NCBI GenBank assembly: GCA_965232515.1
Contig: CBDDPY010000002.1
Location: forward strand, 3,008,001 to 3,072,000
From: Alphaproteobacteria bacterium
GTDB taxonomy: Bacteria > Pseudomonadota > Alphaproteobacteria > GCA-2731375
Direction of reading: 5' to 3'
Length of the DNA stretch: 64,000 nt
Shown here piece after piece: positions 1-10,299 of the stretch. Numbering within the stretch: position 1 is the first letter of the stretch; every line of letters begins with the position of its first letter. Made by a program: the position numbers and the translations under genes. The notes below the pieces were generated by a model. The model was not told where the DNA came from. It did not search any database and saw only the letters and a list, made by a program, of their open reading frames with translations.

Positions 1-2
1 GC

Positions 3-509
3 CGCGTCGGCATCTACGGCTTCGGCGCCGCCGCCCATATCGTCGCCCAGCTCTGCGCCCACGAAGGCCGGCAGACCTTCGCCTTCACGCGTCCCGGCGA
101 CACGGCGGCGCAAGCCTTCGCCCGGCGCCTCGGCGCCGACTGGGCCGGCGGTTCGGACGAGACGCCGCCCGACGAGCTCGACGCGGCGCTGATCTTCGCG
201 CCGGTCGGCGCCCTTGTGCCGGCGGCGCTCAAGGCCGTCGCGCCGGGCGGCGTGGTCGTCTGCGGCGGCATCCATATGAGCCCGATCCCGTCGTTCGATT
301 ACGACATCCTCTGGCGCGAGCGCAGCATCCGGTCGGTCGCCAACCTGACCCGCCGCGACGGCGAGGAGTTTCTCGAGCTTGCCCCAAAAGTGCCGATCCG
401 CACCGAGATCGAACGCTTCCCGCTGGCGCAGGCGAACGAAGCGCTCCGCCGCCTGCGCGCCGGCGAGCTCACCGGCGCCGCCGTGCTGGTCATGGACGCG
501 AAAGATTGA
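3..509 (+). CDS. Zinc-dependent alcohol dehydrogenase family protein, 5'-truncated by the window edge
   Basis: Frame open from nt 3: RVGIYGFGAAAH Rossmann motif, LDAALIFAPVG, GGVVVCGGIHMS, ERSIRSVANLTR; stop TGA at 509. Confidence 0.85.
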   Translation, partial: RVGIYGFGAAAHIVAQLCAHEGRQTFAFTRPGDTAAQAFARRLGADWAGGSDETPPDELDAALIFAPVGALVPAALKAVAPGGVVVCGGIHMSPIPSFDYDILWRERSIRSVANLTRRDGEEFLELAPKVPIRTEIERFPLAQANEALRRLRAGELTGAAVLVMDAKD

Positions 510-618
510 TCAAACCGCGAGCGAACAATGTTGTTCAAGGCCGCGACCGCGGCCCGCCCGCTTATCGGGCGCGCCCGCGCAGGCGCGGACCGTCAGGTCC
601 GCTTGCCGTGAGCGCAAA

Positions 619-1530
619 TTATGCGAACCACTCGGCGTGATCGCGCTGGAACAGCTCGCGCACATAGTCGATGACGATCCGCGTGCGGCGGATATTGTTG
701 GTGTCCTCGTGCGAGACCAGCCAGATCTCGCTGGCGATGTCGAGCTCCAGCGGCACGGCGGTCAGGTCGGGAAACACCTGGCGGCTGTAAGCCGGCATCA
801 GGCCGAGGCCGTAGCCCGCCTGGATGGCGTACTGATAGGCAACCGACGAATTGGTCCGGAAGACGACGGCGTCATGCTCGGCGACGATGTCGCGCCAGAC
901 CCGCATGGCGGCGCCGCCAAGGCCGTTGTGATCGACCAGGCGATGCGCCTGCAATTCCTCCAATGTCTCCGGCAGGCCGAAGCGGTCCACGTAGGACTGC
1001 GCCGCGAACATGGCGAACCGCATCATGCCGACGCGCTGGGCCACCAGCTTCGGCTCGGTCGGCCGGCCCAGGCGGATCGCCAGGTCGGCCTGCCGGGTCG
1101 ACAGGTCGACGCGCTCGTTGCCGGCGATCACCTCGATCAGTATTTCCGGGTGCGCGATCTGCAGACCGGCCAGCCGCGGCGTCAGCCAGGCCGCCGCCAG
1201 CCCTTCCGTCGCCGCCACCCTGACCACGCCCGCGACCTCACCGTCGATGCCGCCGAAGCGCCGCTCGATGTTGGCGACCGCATCGTTGATCTCGGTCGCG
1301 TAATCCAGCAATCCGCGCGCCGTCGGCGTCGGCCGGATGCCCTTGCCGTGGCGGTCGAACAGCTTGGCCCCGAGATGTTCTTCCAGGCTCTGAATGCGCC
1401 GGCCCACGGTGGACTGATCGGTCTTCAGCCGGTCCGCGGCCTTTGCGAAACTGCCGGCCTGATACACGGCCATGAAGAACCGCATGTCGTCCCAATTGCG
1501 TAGGCCGTTGCGCCTTTTGCGATTTTGCAT
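619..1530 (-). CDS. LysR-family transcriptional regulator
   Basis: N-terminal HTH (WDDMRFF..GSFAKAA..LKTDQSTVGRRIQSLEEHLGAKLFDR), 303 aa, ADLAIR substrate-binding domain. Confidence 0.93.
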   Translation of the reverse strand: MQNRKRRNGLRNWDDMRFFMAVYQAGSFAKAADRLKTDQSTVGRRIQSLEEHLGAKLFDRHGKGIRPTPTARGLLDYATEINDAVANIERRFGGIDGEVAGVVRVAATEGLAAAWLTPRLAGLQIAHPEILIEVIAGNERVDLSTRQADLAIRLGRPTEPKLVAQRVGMMRFAMFAAQSYVDRFGLPETLEELQAHRLVDHNGLGGAAMRVWRDIVAEHDAVVFRTNSSVAYQYAIQAGYGLGLMPAYSRQVFPDLTAVPLELDIASEIWLVSHEDTNNIRRTRIVIDYVRELFQRDHAEWFA

Positions 1531-1568
1531 CTCAGGTTTGCGTCTTTCGGTCTTCCGGCCCTACCCCC

Positions 1569-1584
1569 TTAACCATACCTTTAC
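1569..1584 (+). promoter_or_regulatory. Putative CtrA box
   Basis: TTAA-ccatacc-TTTAC, one mismatch to TTAA-N7-TTAAC, and contains the TTAACCAT half-site. Lies in the divergent LysR/Sel1 intergenic region. Confidence 0.4.
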
Positions 1585-1614
1585 CCTATGTTGAGAGGGC
1601 AAGGACGCTCAACC

Positions 1615-2082
1615 ATGAGAGCGAAACCAAATCTTCTTCAATCGCAGATCGTGATCCGCGAAGTCGATGCGGAAGCGATCTTCGCCACGGCGATGACGTT
1701 GCTGGCGAAGCAGGGCAGAGAGGGAAAAGCCCTGACCTGGCTCACGGCGGCGGCCGAAGCCGGGCATCTGGAGGCGCAGTTCAATCTCGGCATCCTCTAC
1801 ACCATGGGTGACGTGGTGCCGTATGACGCGCAGATGGCGTTTTTCTGGATACGGCAGGCGGCCTATGGGGGCATGGCTCGCGCGCAATACTGGCTCGCTC
1901 GTTGTCACATGACCGGCGAGCTCGCCGAGCAGTCGTTTGCCGAGGCCTATCGCTGGAGCGTTACCGCACATGCGCAGGGCTTCCCCGACACCGGCATCAT
2001 CCGGGCGGCGGCCGGGGAACGCCTCAGCGCGGCGGAACGACGCGAGATCGATAGGGCCGCGACCGCTGGAACTCAAGCCTGA
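1615..2082 (+). CDS. Sel1-like repeat protein
   Basis: AAEAGHLEAQFNLGILY..G and AAYGGMARAQYWLA..G Sel1 repeats, EAYRW tail. Alternative start at 1588. Confidence 0.85.
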   Translation: MRAKPNLLQSQIVIREVDAEAIFATAMTLLAKQGREGKALTWLTAAAEAGHLEAQFNLGILYTMGDVVPYDAQMAFFWIRQAAYGGMARAQYWLARCHMTGELAEQSFAEAYRWSVTAHAQGFPDTGIIRAAAGERLSAAERREIDRAATAGTQA

Positions 2083-2096
2083 GGGAGGGACGGCGG

Positions 2097-2684
2097 TCAG
2101 GCCAGCGACAGGCGTCCCGGCCGGGGCGTCTGTCGTTGCGCCGACCGTTCCAGGACGCCGGGCCGGTCCGGATCCTCGTCGGGGCGAATCAGCAGCATGG
2201 GATCGCTGTCCGCGTTCAGCGCCTGCGGATCCGCCGGCAGATCTCGGACCATCGTCACATATTCGAAGTCCGAGAATCGGAAGACCTGATCGTTTTTGAC
2301 CCGGAAACCGAATTTTTGCCAATGCCGGACCAGATGCCGCTGGGCGTGCACCAGCACGCGCCGATACCCCTTGCGCCGGCATAGCTCGAAGCTCCTGTCG
2401 AGAATTCGTCCCGAGACGCCGCTGCCGCGATAGCCCGGCAGCACCGCCATGCGTTCGCCCTTGGCGAAGTCGGCGAACCAGCGCCAGCGCACGCAGGCCG
2501 CCGGCCGGCCGTCGACCAGACCCAGCACATGCGTGGCGCTGTAGTCGTTGCCGTCGAATTCCTCGTCATACGGGCAGGCCTGCTCGGCCAGGTACACGGC
2601 CGCGCGGATGGCCAGGACCTGCGCCATTTCCTCGGCGTTGCCGACGATCTTGGTCACGACGGAAGGCTCAAAGGTCATCGTCAT
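2097..2684 (-). CDS. GNAT-family N-acyl/acetyltransferase (ElaA/YjcF-like)
   Basis: IRAAVY.EQ.CPYDEEFDGND..ATH, ERMAVLPGYRGSGVS (acetyl-CoA motif A), HAQ..LVRHWQKFGF. Confidence 0.88.
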   Translation of the reverse strand: MTMTFEPSVVTKIVGNAEEMAQVLAIRAAVYLAEQACPYDEEFDGNDYSATHVLGLVDGRPAACVRWRWFADFAKGERMAVLPGYRGSGVSGRILDRSFELCRRKGYRRVLVHAQRHLVRHWQKFGFRVKNDQVFRFSDFEYVTMVRDLPADPQALNADSDPMLLIRPDEDPDRPGVLERSAQRQTPRPGRLSLA

Positions 2685-4017
2685 GCCCGCCTCCTCGCGG
2701 CGTCGCCTGGTTCGTCGCCACGTCCGTCGCCGCCGGCCGATGCAAGTCGGGCCCCAGCCGGCCGGTCTGCATATCGTGCAGCGCTGCCGCCACCGCGTTC
2801 GCGGTCATGCCGTCGGCGCCGTTGCGGATCGCCGTCGCCGAGACCTCGTCGCGGCGCAGGAACGGCATTGGATAGATCCAGCCGCATTCGTCCATGATCA
2901 GGCGCGCGTGCATGCCGCCGAAATCGCTGCCGTGAATGCCGTGCATCGGCTGGCCGGGATGGGCCCGGCGCAGCTCGCGAATGACGCCGAAAAAGCCCTC
3001 CTTCTCATAAATGTCGGGCATGTAGGCGACCTCGACCCGGTCGCTGAGGCCGGCTTCCGCGATCGCCATCTCGATCAGCTGCCGGCGGGTCGCCGGCAGC
3101 AGGAAGCGGTCGCCGGTCGGAAAATAGTTGGCATGCGGGTCGGCCCGGTCGGTCAGCTCGTAGACCTGATAGCCGCCCTCGAATCCGGCGATTTGGATTT
3201 CGCCGCGCTGCAGCGCCCGCTGGTGCAGCCAGGGCACCACGGTCGGGTGGATGACGACCTTGTCCAGCTCACGGTCCACCAGCGCCTCGCGGACCAGCCG
3301 CAGGTGCGATTCGTGGAACGGGTTGAAGGTGCCGAGAAACAGGCCGACGCCGCCCTTCGGATACAGCAACGCCCGCAGATCCGACAGCACGCCGAGGCCG
3401 AAGATCACGGCGCCGAAGCCGATGCCGGTGATCAGAAACATCTCGCGCAGCACGGGCAAACCGGCCGTGCCGAGTCCGGTCAGCACCATGGTCGCGCACA
3501 GACCGATGAGAATATTCCTGTACCAGTCGCCGATCCGCCGCTGGAACAGGAAGAAGCCGAAGTATTGCGCGCCCTGCGAGGCCAACGTGGTGACAGCCGC
3601 CGCGCCGGCGACGCCGCCGACCGTGGCCAGCCCTTCCGGCCGCAAGCCGCCGCCATAGGCCAGGAACGACATGGCCGCCAGATTGAAGGCGAATTGGCCG
3701 CCGAAGCGCGCCAGCCGGCCGAACGTCACCGAGCTGAACAGATCGTTCGCCCAGTCCGTCAGATCGTTGCTCAGCCGCGCATAGGTCGGCATGAAGCCGG
3801 CGATGAAGATCGTAACGGCGATAAGCGCAGTGTTGCTCCAGGCGTCGTGACCGTAGCCGTAGGCCAGATACATGACCAGCGACACGATCAACGCCAGGTG
3901 CGCCGTCGGACTGCGCCGCCAGGCGTCCCAGTTTCCCTGCCGGTTGACCGCGCGCTTGACCGGCCCGCCGCATGACGGGCGCACGGATGAACCGGACGCT
4001 GATGAGAATAATTGCAT
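2668..4017 (-). CDS. Multi-pass membrane protein fused to a NadD/CoaD-like (HxGH superfamily) nucleotidyltransferase domain
   Basis: About 6 hydrophobic segments, then GLFLGTFNPFHESHL, IHGSD and VSATAIR motifs. Start uncertain (ORF open to 4062). Overlaps the GNAT start. Confidence 0.75.
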   Translation of the reverse strand: MQLFSSASGSSVRPSCGGPVKRAVNRQGNWDAWRRSPTAHLALIVSLVMYLAYGYGHDAWSNTALIAVTIFIAGFMPTYARLSNDLTDWANDLFSSVTFGRLARFGGQFAFNLAAMSFLAYGGGLRPEGLATVGGVAGAAAVTTLASQGAQYFGFFLFQRRIGDWYRNILIGLCATMVLTGLGTAGLPVLREMFLITGIGFGAVIFGLGVLSDLRALLYPKGGVGLFLGTFNPFHESHLRLVREALVDRELDKVVIHPTVVPWLHQRALQRGEIQIAGFEGGYQVYELTDRADPHANYFPTGDRFLLPATRRQLIEMAIAEAGLSDRVEVAYMPDIYEKEGFFGVIRELRRAHPGQPMHGIHGSDFGGMHARLIMDECGWIYPMPFLRRDEVSATAIRNGADGMTANAVAAALHDMQTGRLGPDLHRPAATDVATNQATPRGGGHDDDL

Positions 4018-4193
4018 ACCCGTATGTCCCCCGGATGTGTCTACGGGATCAGTGCTTAACAAATCGATAGTATTTTTATATTGGATTTTAGATATTTTTT
4101 ATGTTTACTTGTCATTTTCTATGATATTCGAATGTATGCTCTAATGATGAAAATTTCAACTCAAATAACCGTAAGTGAAGACAGTTTTTTCTT

Positions 4194-4214
4194 TAACGCT
4201 ACTATTTAGCGTTA
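4194..4214. promoter_or_regulatory. Inverted repeat in an AT-rich divergent promoter region
   Basis: TAACGCTA-ctatt-TAGCGTTA, at the edge of the very AT-rich 4060-4215 stretch. Confidence 0.4.
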
Positions 4215-4444
4215 CTGGTGAGGCGTTTCCTTGGCCTGCCGGCCGCGACAGCGGCCGCGATCCGCATATCGGCCGCAAATTCACCGTATCTCTACACGCT
4301 CTATCAACCGCGCTCGTGCTATTGCTTTGGCCATAAGACGATTCGAGAGCGATATGGGGGTGGTGACGGCCAATGCGGCAGTGGCAACTGGTCATATGTT
4401 TGCCGCCAATCCGGCGACTGGGCCTGTGCTAAGGTCGCGCCGCC

Positions 4445-5914
4445 ATGCACGCTGACGCCCTTATCGAAATCGGTCTCGTGGCCATGACGGCGCTGGTCTG
4501 GGGCTTGCTGCTGCAGCGCCTGCGCCAGCCGCCGATCGTCGGCTACATCTTTGCGGGCGTCTGTCTCGGCCCCTCGATCCTCGGCCTGATCGACAATCGC
4601 GACGCCATCAACGTCTTCGCCGAGCTCGGCGTGCTCCTGCTGCTGTTCACCATCGGCATGGAGCTGTCGCTGCGCGGCTTCAAGCGGGTCTATCGGGTCG
4701 CGCTGATCGGCGCCGGCTCGCAAATATTCCTCAGCGTCGGCATCATGCTGCTGCTGTCGCGGCTGTTCGGCTGGTCGACCGAGGCGGCCGTGCTCGGCGG
4801 CTTCGTCGTCGCGATCTCCAGCACCGCCGTCGCCATGAAGATCCTGCAGGACATCGGCGAGCTGCGCAGCGATGTCGGCCGCACGGCCGTCGGCGTGCTG
4901 ATCGCCCAGGACCTGGCCGTCATCCCGATGCTGCTGGTCATCGAATCCATGGCCCGCAGCGCCAGCTTCGACCTCGCCGGCGTCGCCAAGACCGTCGTCG
5001 CCATCGGCCTGCTGGCGGCGATGATCGCCTATCTCACCCGGCGCGAGCGGGTGCGCATTCCCTTCGCCGAACAGCTCGGCGACAATATCGAGCTGGCGGC
5101 GCTGTCGGCGCTCGCCTTCTGTTTCGGCGCCGCCCTGCTCTCGGGCCTGCTCGGCCTGTCGCCGGCCTACGGCGCCTTCCTCGCCGGTCTCTGGATCGGC
5201 AACAGCAACGCCCGGCCCGGCGTGCTGCGCGCGACCATGCCGATCCAGAGCGTGCTGCTGATGGCGTTCTTCCTGTCGATCGGCCTGCTGCTGGACCTCG
5301 GCTACATCTGGGCCAATCTCGGCCAGGTCATCGTACTGCTGATCATCGTGACCCTGTTCAAGACGGCGATGAACGTGCTGGTGCTGCGGATGGCGGGCGA
5401 GCCCTGGCCGCGCGCCTGGCTCGCCGGCGTCGTCATCGGCCAGATCGGCGAGTTTTCCTTCGTGCTGGCCGCGGCCGGCATCGCCGCCGGCGTGATCAGC
5501 GCCGACGACAACCGCATGCTGGTGTCGGTGATCGCGCTCAGCCTGATGATCAGCCCGTTCTGGCTGGTTACCGCCCGCCGCATGGAGCGGGTGCAGTGGC
5601 ATCGCGTGCTGTCGCTCCGGCAGCTCCTGCGGGCGCTTTACGGCCGCGAGACCCGCGCCGTGGTCGCTGCCTCGAACCGCGCCGTGGCCGAGACCAGGAA
5701 GTTTTCCCTGCGGCTGGGCGACCGCGGCACCGATCTCTATCACCGCATGCGCGGCAAGTCGGAAACTGCCACTGAAGACGGCAAGGCTGAGGCCGAAACC
5801 GCCGAGGCGGCGGCAGACGCCGTCTTTGCAGCGCCCGTCGACGAAGCGCCGGCGGAAGCCGAGCCGGACGAACCCGAGCGACCGCCCCTGCGGATTGCCC
5901 GGCCCAATGGCTGA
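4445..5914 (+). CDS. Cation:proton antiporter, CPA2 (KefC/YbaL-like)
   Basis: [57 protein letters not shown]; many TM helices. Confidence 0.92.
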   Translation: MHADALIEIGLVAMTALVWGLLLQRLRQPPIVGYIFAGVCLGPSILGLIDNRDAINVFAELGVLLLLFTIGMELSLRGFKRVYRVALIGAGSQIFLSVGIMLLLSRLFGWSTEAAVLGGFVVAISSTAVAMKILQDIGELRSDVGRTAVGVLIAQDLAVIPMLLVIESMARSASFDLAGVAKTVVAIGLLAAMIAYLTRRERVRIPFAEQLGDNIELAALSALAFCFGAALLSGLLGLSPAYGAFLAGLWIGNSNARPGVLRATMPIQSVLLMAFFLSIGLLLDLGYIWANLGQVIVLLIIVTLFKTAMNVLVLRMAGEPWPRAWLAGVVIGQIGEFSFVLAAAGIAAGVISADDNRMLVSVIALSLMISPFWLVTARRMERVQWHRVLSLRQLLRALYGRETRAVVAASNRAVAETRKFSLRLGDRGTDLYHRMRGKSETATEDGKAEAETAEAAADAVFAAPVDEAPAEAEPDEPERPPLRIARPNG

Positions 5915-6473
5915 CCGACCCGGCCCGGTGGCCGGCATCGACGAGGCCGGCCGCGGGCCCTGGGCCGGGCCGGTCGTGGCGGCGGCGGTGATCCTCGATC
6001 CCGACAACGTTCCCGCCGGCATCGCCGATTCCAAGGCGCTGAAGCCGGCCCGGCGCGAGGCCCTGTTGCCGGCGATCGAAGCCGCGGCCGAGGTCGGCGT
6101 CGGCCAGGCGAGCGTCACGGAAATCGATGACCTGAACATCCTGGCCGCGACCATGCTCGCCATGCGCCGCGCCGTCGCCGCCCTGCCGCGTCCGCCGGCG
6201 CTGGCGCTGGTCGACGGCAACCGCGACCCGGGTCTCGGCTGCCAGACCCGGTGCATCGTCAAGGGCGACGCCCGTTGCCCGGCGATTGCCGCGGCCTCGA
6301 TTGTCGCCAAGGTCACGCGCGACCGGATCATGGCCGGCCTGGCCGCCGCGCATCCCGGCTACGGCTGGGAACGCAACGTCGGCTACGGCACCGCCCAGCA
6401 CCGCGCCGCGCTGGCCGAACTTGGCGTTACGCCGCATCACCGCCGCTCCTTCGCGCCGATCCGGCAACAGCTC

Positions 6474-6500
<27 letters not shown>
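5907..6500 (+). CDS. rnhB: Ribonuclease HII
   Basis: [49 protein letters not shown]. Confidence 0.97.
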
Positions 6501-7644
<1,144 letters not shown>

Positions 7645-7696
7645 CGTGCCAGACGGACGGCCTTGACATACGGGCCGTCGCCGGCGCATATCCGGC

Positions 7697-7815
7697 GTCG
7701 GTGCGCAGGGGCGCCACGCCCGCCGAAAGGCCTTCCACCCTGACACGACCCTGTTGTGCCGACCTGTCGGTTCTCACGGATCAAATGGAGCGGGATCGAT
7801 CCGGATGTGGAGAAA
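7697..7815 (+). ncRNA. Candidate structured cis-regulatory 5' leader RNA
   Basis: Promoter-like TTGACA(7663)-N18-CATATC. Stem 7697-7710/7749-7763 with G-U pairs encloses a GCC-GAAA-GGC tetraloop hairpin. A second stem (TTCTC..CGGATC / GATCCG..GAGAA) covers the RBS. Confidence 0.4.
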
Positions 7816-7820
7816 CGACC

Positions 7821-8339
7821 ATGTTGGACCCCGTCAAGATTCTGAAAGACCGCGCGCGAGCGCTGCACGCCGCCGTCCGCGACGGTAACGAGGCCGCGCT
7901 TACCGAGGCCCGCCGGCTGCGTGAATTCCGCGGCGCCGGCCGCGCCGAAATTTCCAGCAGCGTGAAGCGACGCCACTGCCTCGCCCTCATGGCCCGCCGC
8001 ACCGGCTTCGACGGCTGGCCGCACGCGCTGCAGGTGCTCGACGGCCGGCGCGACGACGATTTCGGCCGCCTGCTCTGTCCCGGACGCTGCATGGCGCATA
8101 TCAACATCTGGAGCGCCGACTATGCCGAGGCGCGAACGATCCGGACCGCGCACGGCGGCACGCTGCTCGCCTACCGGCGGCAGTACCTGATCGTCGAGGA
8201 CGGCTATCTCCGCACGCTGGGCCTCGCGCCCGAGGACCCGGACTGGGACGGCATCGACCGCGACTGGGTCCGCCCCGCCGACCCCGCCGCCCGCCGCCGC
8301 CTCTACGGCAAGCTGATCCAGGCCACCGTCGGCCACTGA
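7821..8339 (+). CDS. Hypothetical protein (N-terminus resembles small helical 'glyoxalase superfamily'-annotated domains)
   Basis: RBS GGAGA before ATG 7821; LKDRARALH...RRHCLALMARRTGFDGW pattern; host-like codon usage. Confidence 0.7.
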   Translation: MLDPVKILKDRARALHAAVRDGNEAALTEARRLREFRGAGRAEISSSVKRRHCLALMARRTGFDGWPHALQVLDGRRDDDFGRLLCPGRCMAHINIWSADYAEARTIRTAHGGTLLAYRRQYLIVEDGYLRTLGLAPEDPDWDGIDRDWVRPADPAARRRLYGKLIQATVGH

Positions 8340-8353
8340 CTCCACCGACGAAG

Positions 8354-8452
8354 TTCCGGGGACAGTAACCGCAATTCGCAACGACCTATTCCGGTGACAG
8401 TAACCATAACTTCGATGCCAGCGATTCGAGTTACGGTTACTGTCACCGGAAT
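8354..8452. repeat. REP-like repeat cluster, family C (ATTCCGGTGACAGTAACCATAACT)
   Basis: Degenerate copy at 8354-8376, copy at 8388-8411, inverted copy at 8429-8452 (1 mismatch). Lies between convergent genes. Confidence 0.85.
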
Positions 8453-8458
8453 TAAGAG

Positions 8459-9538
8459 CTACAGCTTCAGGCCGTATTGCGCCCGGCCGTCGAGCGCATG
8501 CCGGACCACCTTTTTCATGAGCGTCGGCAAAGCCTGGCTGCCGAGATCGTCGACCGGGCACCAGACGCCGGCGGCGTCCGATTCGATGCCCTCGACCGCC
8601 AGCACGTCGAGCTCGAGCTGGAAGTGGGTGAAGCCGTGCGCGACGTTGCCGGCGAGCGGCCGCCAGTCGGCGGCGAGCGGCGCGTGCGCCAGCGCCTCTT
8701 CGGCCGGCCAGACGGTCTCGCGCCACGGCGTCGACGGCACCTCCATCATGCCGCCGAGCAGGCCGTCCTCCGGCCGCCGGCGCAGCAGCACGGCGCCGTC
8801 GCGGCGCACGGCCCAGAAGGCGACGCCGCGGCGCAGCGGCCGGGCCTTCTTCGGCGACTTCGCCGGCAGTTCGGCGGCGATGCCGGCAGCGTGGGCCGCA
8901 CAGGCCGCCTGCCAGGGACAACGGCCGCAGAGCGGCTGCCGCGGCACGCAGATCGTCGCGCCGAGGTCCATGACGGCCTGGGCGTAGTCGCCGGGCCGTT
9001 CGGCGGGCGTCAGCGCCGCCGCGAGCGCCCTGAGCTCGGGCTTGGCGGCCGGCAGCGGCGTTTCCACCGCATGCAGCCGCGCCATCACCCGCTCGAAATT
9101 GCCGTCGACCGGTGTCGCCGGCCGATTGAAGGCGATCGCGGCGATGGCGGCGGCCGTATAGGGCCCGACGCCCGGCAACGTCAGCAGTTCAGCCTCGCTG
9201 TCGGGGAAGACGCCGCCATATGTTTCGGCCACAACGCCAGCACATTTGTGCAGATTGCGAGCCCGGGCGTAGTAGCCCAGCCCCTGCCAGGCATGCAGCA
9301 CGTCGTCGAGCGGCGCCGCGGCCAGCGCCGTGACCGTGGGCCAGCGCGCCAGAAAAGACAGGAAATAGGGCCCCACCGTCGCCACCGTGGTCTGCTGCAG
9401 CATGATCTCGGACAGCCAGACGTGGTACGGGTCGGGCCGCTCGCCCGGCCCGGCCCGCCATGGCAGCACGCGCCGATGCCGGTCGTACCAGTCGAGCAGC
9501 AGCGCCGGCAGATTGCTTTCGCGAACCGAAACGGCCAT
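8459..9538 (-). CDS. mutY: A/G-specific adenine glycosylase
   Basis: WLSEIMLQQT, WQGLGYYARARNL, HhH LPGVGPYTA, VDGN, 4Fe-4S motif C-X6-C-X2-C-X5-C, NUDIX-like C-terminus (HGFTHF). Confidence 0.97.
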   Translation of the reverse strand: MAVSVRESNLPALLLDWYDRHRRVLPWRAGPGERPDPYHVWLSEIMLQQTTVATVGPYFLSFLARWPTVTALAAAPLDDVLHAWQGLGYYARARNLHKCAGVVAETYGGVFPDSEAELLTLPGVGPYTAAAIAAIAFNRPATPVDGNFERVMARLHAVETPLPAAKPELRALAAALTPAERPGDYAQAVMDLGATICVPRQPLCGRCPWQAACAAHAAGIAAELPAKSPKKARPLRRGVAFWAVRRDGAVLLRRRPEDGLLGGMMEVPSTPWRETVWPAEEALAHAPLAADWRPLAGNVAHGFTHFQLELDVLAVEGIESDAAGVWCPVDDLGSQALPTLMKKVVRHALDGRAQYGLKL

Positions 9539-9617
9539 ATCACCGTTCACTTGGTTGTTATGTGCGGCATGGTCGTTCCCTGATGACGCAATCGCGACGC
9601 TGGCGCAAGATGGCGGC

Positions 9618-10154
9618 ATGAGCAAGCGCAAGAGCTGGGGCGGCGCCTACGGCATCGCGCGGGCGCTGCCGAAGATCACGCGCGCCGCCTTGCGACGCCA
9701 GGGCTTCGCCCAAATGGAGGTGGTGACCCGCTGGCCGGCCATCGTCGGCGATTATCTGGCCGCCCGCAGCGCGCCGGAACGGCTGGTGTTCCCGCGGGGC
9801 GCCACCGGCAACGGCGTCCTGCACGTCCGCATCCAGCACGCCTCGGCGCCGGAGTTCCAGCACCTGAGTCCGCTGATCATCGAGCGCGTGAACGGCTATT
9901 ACGGCTTCAACGCCGTCGGCCGGCTTCGCCTGGTGCACGGGCCCCTGCCGAAGCCCCGCACGGACCGCCGCCCTCGCCGGCGTCAATTGACGGCCGACGA
10001 GCGGCACGACCTCGCCGGCGTGCTGGCAGGCACCGACGATCCGCGCCTGCGGCGCGCGTTGACCCGCATGGGCGAAAGCCTGCTCGGCCGCGAATCGGCG
10101 GCCGAAACCGATTCGGCCGATCGCGAGCAACGTAATGGCAAGTTTTCTGCCTGA
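9618..10154 (+). CDS. dciA: DUF721 / DciA-family protein
   Basis: RWPAIVG..LAARSAPERL, LHVR....APEFQH....IIERVNGYYG..AV; divergent from mutY, typical alphaproteobacterial context. Confidence 0.8.
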   Translation: MSKRKSWGGAYGIARALPKITRAALRRQGFAQMEVVTRWPAIVGDYLAARSAPERLVFPRGATGNGVLHVRIQHASAPEFQHLSPLIIERVNGYYGFNAVGRLRLVHGPLPKPRTDRRPRRRQLTADERHDLAGVLAGTDDPRLRRALTRMGESLLGRESAAETDSADREQRNGKFSA

Positions 10155-10299
10155 TTCTCGCCATAGCGATGTGGCGCAATAACCCACCGGATCGGCGAAT
10201 CCATGAACCCGTTCCATCCACCCGGCGTGGCGAAAGTTCGCTTGTGAGGACCCATCGCCCCGCCTATAGTTGCCCCACATTTTGTGGGTTGGAGGCAAA

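Noticed and set aside
4060-4215. AT-rich tract as replication origin
   Set aside because: No clear DnaA-box cluster or origin-associated genes seen. A regulatory region is the simpler explanation.
8354-8452. Possible mini-CRISPR array
   Set aside because: Only two direct copies about 10 bp apart plus an inverted copy, no spacer-length unique sequences, no cas genes. A REP-like family fits better.
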